Of a stretch of 64,000 nucleotides of DNA, positions 61,588 to 64,000 are shown one piece after another. Within the stretch, counting starts at the first letter, position 1. Each line of letters opens with the position of its first letter. Source of the DNA: Octopus sinensis (taxonomy: Eukaryota); the NCBI RefSeq assembly GCF_006345805.1, contig NC_043017.1:4216001-4280000 (forward strand), written 5' to 3'. Made by a program: the position numbers and the translations under genes. Below the pieces are notes generated by a model. The model was given only the letters and a program-made list of their open reading frames with translations, did no database searches and was not told where the DNA came from.

Positions 61588-61603
61588 GTACGAGCACCTC
61601 GCT

Positions 61604-61634
<31 letters not shown>

Positions 61635-62049
61635 GTAGGTATATGTATGTGTAGGTATATTTTTCGTGACAGTATATCAATTTTGTTGTTAGCATTATAG
61701 CCTTACCACCGAAGATGGGCGATTTTGCATTCGCGTGCAACACACTATAATTGTGAGCAAGTAAACATTAAACAATTCTTCTCTAAATTTGAGGAGCCGC
61801 TCATTACTGTCCGAGATGACCTCTGATTAAAGACATTTTGGCCATATCCAGGACCAATACACACACAACTTGTGTGTACAAGTGTATATTTATTGCGTAT
61901 GTGTGTATAACGTATATGTATATATGTAGGTTTGTATATACGTGTGTTTAAGTGTGAATATATATTTATATATGTCTGTATTTATGTGTATGTGCATATA
62001 CGTAGATTTGTTCTTTATTTATTTACTAGGTCTCGAGGAAGGGGAAAGA

Positions 62050-62440
62050 TTGTTATCAGTGTTCCTCTTGAATCTTGAATAAGTTAACATTTATAGAAAA
62101 GATAGGAACAGAAAGGAAATTCCTGAGGGTTGACATTCTAGGGTGGAAGAAATGGGTGAAGTGAGTTGTGTCGGGCCCAGGGAGTCGGACACTAAAGGAG
62201 GAGGTTGAAGAGATACATTTAGGACAAGAGTACTTGAGTTGAGGTGGTATGATGAGCACAGCTACATTTATGGAGTAGAGACCGTTTAAAACAGCAGAAA
62301 AGGCAGTGAAAAGAAACTGCATGCTTGTGGGTCAGTGGCTGGAGATTGTTTGTGTGTGACTTTATGTCAGTCAGATGACTGGCCATTTTCTGGATACAGT
62401 CAAGGACAGGGGCCCATACGATTCTTGCAGGGATCATATT
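62050..62440 (-). mobile_element. CR1/L2-group LINE RT C-terminal relic
   Basis: VLDCIQKMASHL...LQPLTHKHAVS, and SSFSVRLPGPDTTHFTHFFHPRMSTLRNFL (degenerate F.PRT..LWN.LP). Confidence 0.65.
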
Positions 62441-62550
62441 TTGTTGTTAAAAATTGTGTGTAATAAATTGGTTATATTTCTACAATGCACAAAATATATT
62501 TTGACAAATCTTTTATACAATTGCTAATATTTGATATAAAAATATAATAA

Positions 62551-62945
62551 TAGGCGCAGGAGTGGCTGTGTGGTAAGTAGATTGCTTACCAACCACCTGG
62601 TTCTGGGTTCATTCCCACTGCGTGGCACCTTGAGCAAGTGTCTTCTACTATAGCCTTGGGCCAACCAAAGCCTTGTGAGTGGATTTGGTAGACGGAAACT
62701 GAAAGAAGCCCGTCGTATATATATATATATGTATGTGAGTGTATATATGTTTGTGTGTCTACCTTTGTCCCCCCAACATCGCTTGACAACTGATGCTGGT
62801 GTGTTTACGTCCCTGTAACTTAGCGGTTCGGCAAAAGAGACCGATAGAATAAGTACTAGGCATGCAAAGAATAAGTCCTAGGGTCAATTTGCTCGACTAA
62901 AGGCGGTGCTCCAGCATGGCCGCAGTCAAATGACTGAAACAAGTA
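62551..62945 (+). mobile_element. SINE family B, full-length
   Basis: ggcgcaggagtggctgtgtggtaag ... gcggtgctccagcatggccgcagtcaaatgactgaaacaag. Confidence 0.88.
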
Positions 62946-63478
62946 AAAGATAAAAAAAAAGAGTGATAGTAATTTTTAAACATTGAATGGTTATGAGGAT
63001 CCATCCAAGAAAAACTGAAATCAAAGGGGTCCATAGGTAAGAATGGTTGAGAACCCCTGGTCTAGGATGTCTGTTGTGTGCAGCAGCAGCCGTCCAAGAA
63101 TTAGGACCTGGAGATCTCCATTTCCAGCGACTTTGAGGGCCACCTCCCAGTGGTGTCGGGCGTCAATGAAGAGTCTTCTACTACAAGATGACCAAAGTTT
63201 TTTTTTTTCCTAAGGTCTGGGGTCTCCTGCCCCTAAGCCCTAGACCATCACCTAATCACCCTCACCCGTCTTGTTGCTTAACAACAACAACAGCAGCAGC
63301 AGCATTATCCAAGATCTGAGAGCAACGCTCCATTGTGGACTTCACCTGAGTTTTGTAGGATTGAAGTATTCATAGCTCTGAAGAAAAGGGTTTTCCATTG
63401 GGATGTGGTCCTAAATGATGTGCTTTTAACATGAGAGATACTTTATGATTGTGAGATACAAAAATTGGAGCAATTTAA

Positions 63479-63674
63479 CCTTTTAGTATTCTTCTGTCAA
63501 AAGTAATGCTTATTCATTCATATTGTTTTTAATTAATTATGCATTACCTTGTAGCTTGAGATGATGTGATTGTTTATCTTTGGAATGACATTGTAGGGTA
63601 TATCTGATAAGCCGGATCTGAGAATAAAATGAAGGATATTTGGGCTGGGCATGCTCAGTTCAAATGCTATAGGG
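63479..63674. mobile_element. TTAA-flanked MITE (same family as 17418-17636)
   Basis: TTAA|ccttttagtattc ... atgctataggg|TTAA. Confidence 0.65.
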
Positions 63675-64000
63675 TTAAGGGCTCTAGCTGAGTGTTGTTC
63701 ATAATCAGGGGAAGTGTGTGTATGTATGTGTGTAGGGAGTCAGGATACTTTTTTTGTTCTGAGTAGTACTCTAGATTCCTACATATTGAATGAGACAAGA
63801 TTGGCAGTGGACCATTGGAGGTTGTTTTCCAGGTCTCTTGTCGTGGAATCAGTTTGGGTTTGGCATGTGGTGTCTAGATTGCTAACGGATGATGCATGTT
63901 TGGGTAATGTTAGACAGGAATGAGGGCTTGTGTCAGCTGTATAAGCGTGGGAGTCTGTGTGAATATGGTGACATGTCATCCATGTAAAGAAGGAAAGGAA

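Overview
AT-rich, repeat-dense eukaryotic DNA. The gene content (tandem C2H2 zinc-finger gene with relics), SINE families and microsatellite load point to a coleoid cephalopod, most likely Octopus; this is inference, not a database match. Three protein-coding loci are supported. (1) An 18-finger C2H2 gene on the minus strand (2972-4654), with three ZNF relics nearby. (2) A Rab9-effector kelch gene (RABEPK-like) on the minus strand, reconstructed here as three coding exons (39034-38203, 37561-37373, 31866-31742; 381 aa); the last exon is absent from the ORF track. (3) The first coding exon of Vav (56871-57083), plus a frame-conflicting candidate exon 2 at 61546-61587. The rest is RTE and CR1/L2 LINE ends, three tRNA-headed SINE families, Gypsy gag-pro and integrase relics, a solo LTR, a Tigger/pogo relic, a split Penelope element, Helitron-like and TIR elements, and many fold-back palindromes. 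The most interesting signals are three minimal hammerhead-ribozyme motifs of Penelope/retrozyme type from two families (53806, 32362, 33265), an 82-codon ORF in an apparent 5' exon of the RABEPK-like gene (possible uORF or bicistronic mRNA), and the Vav exon-2 frame conflict. All alignments and translations were done by eye.
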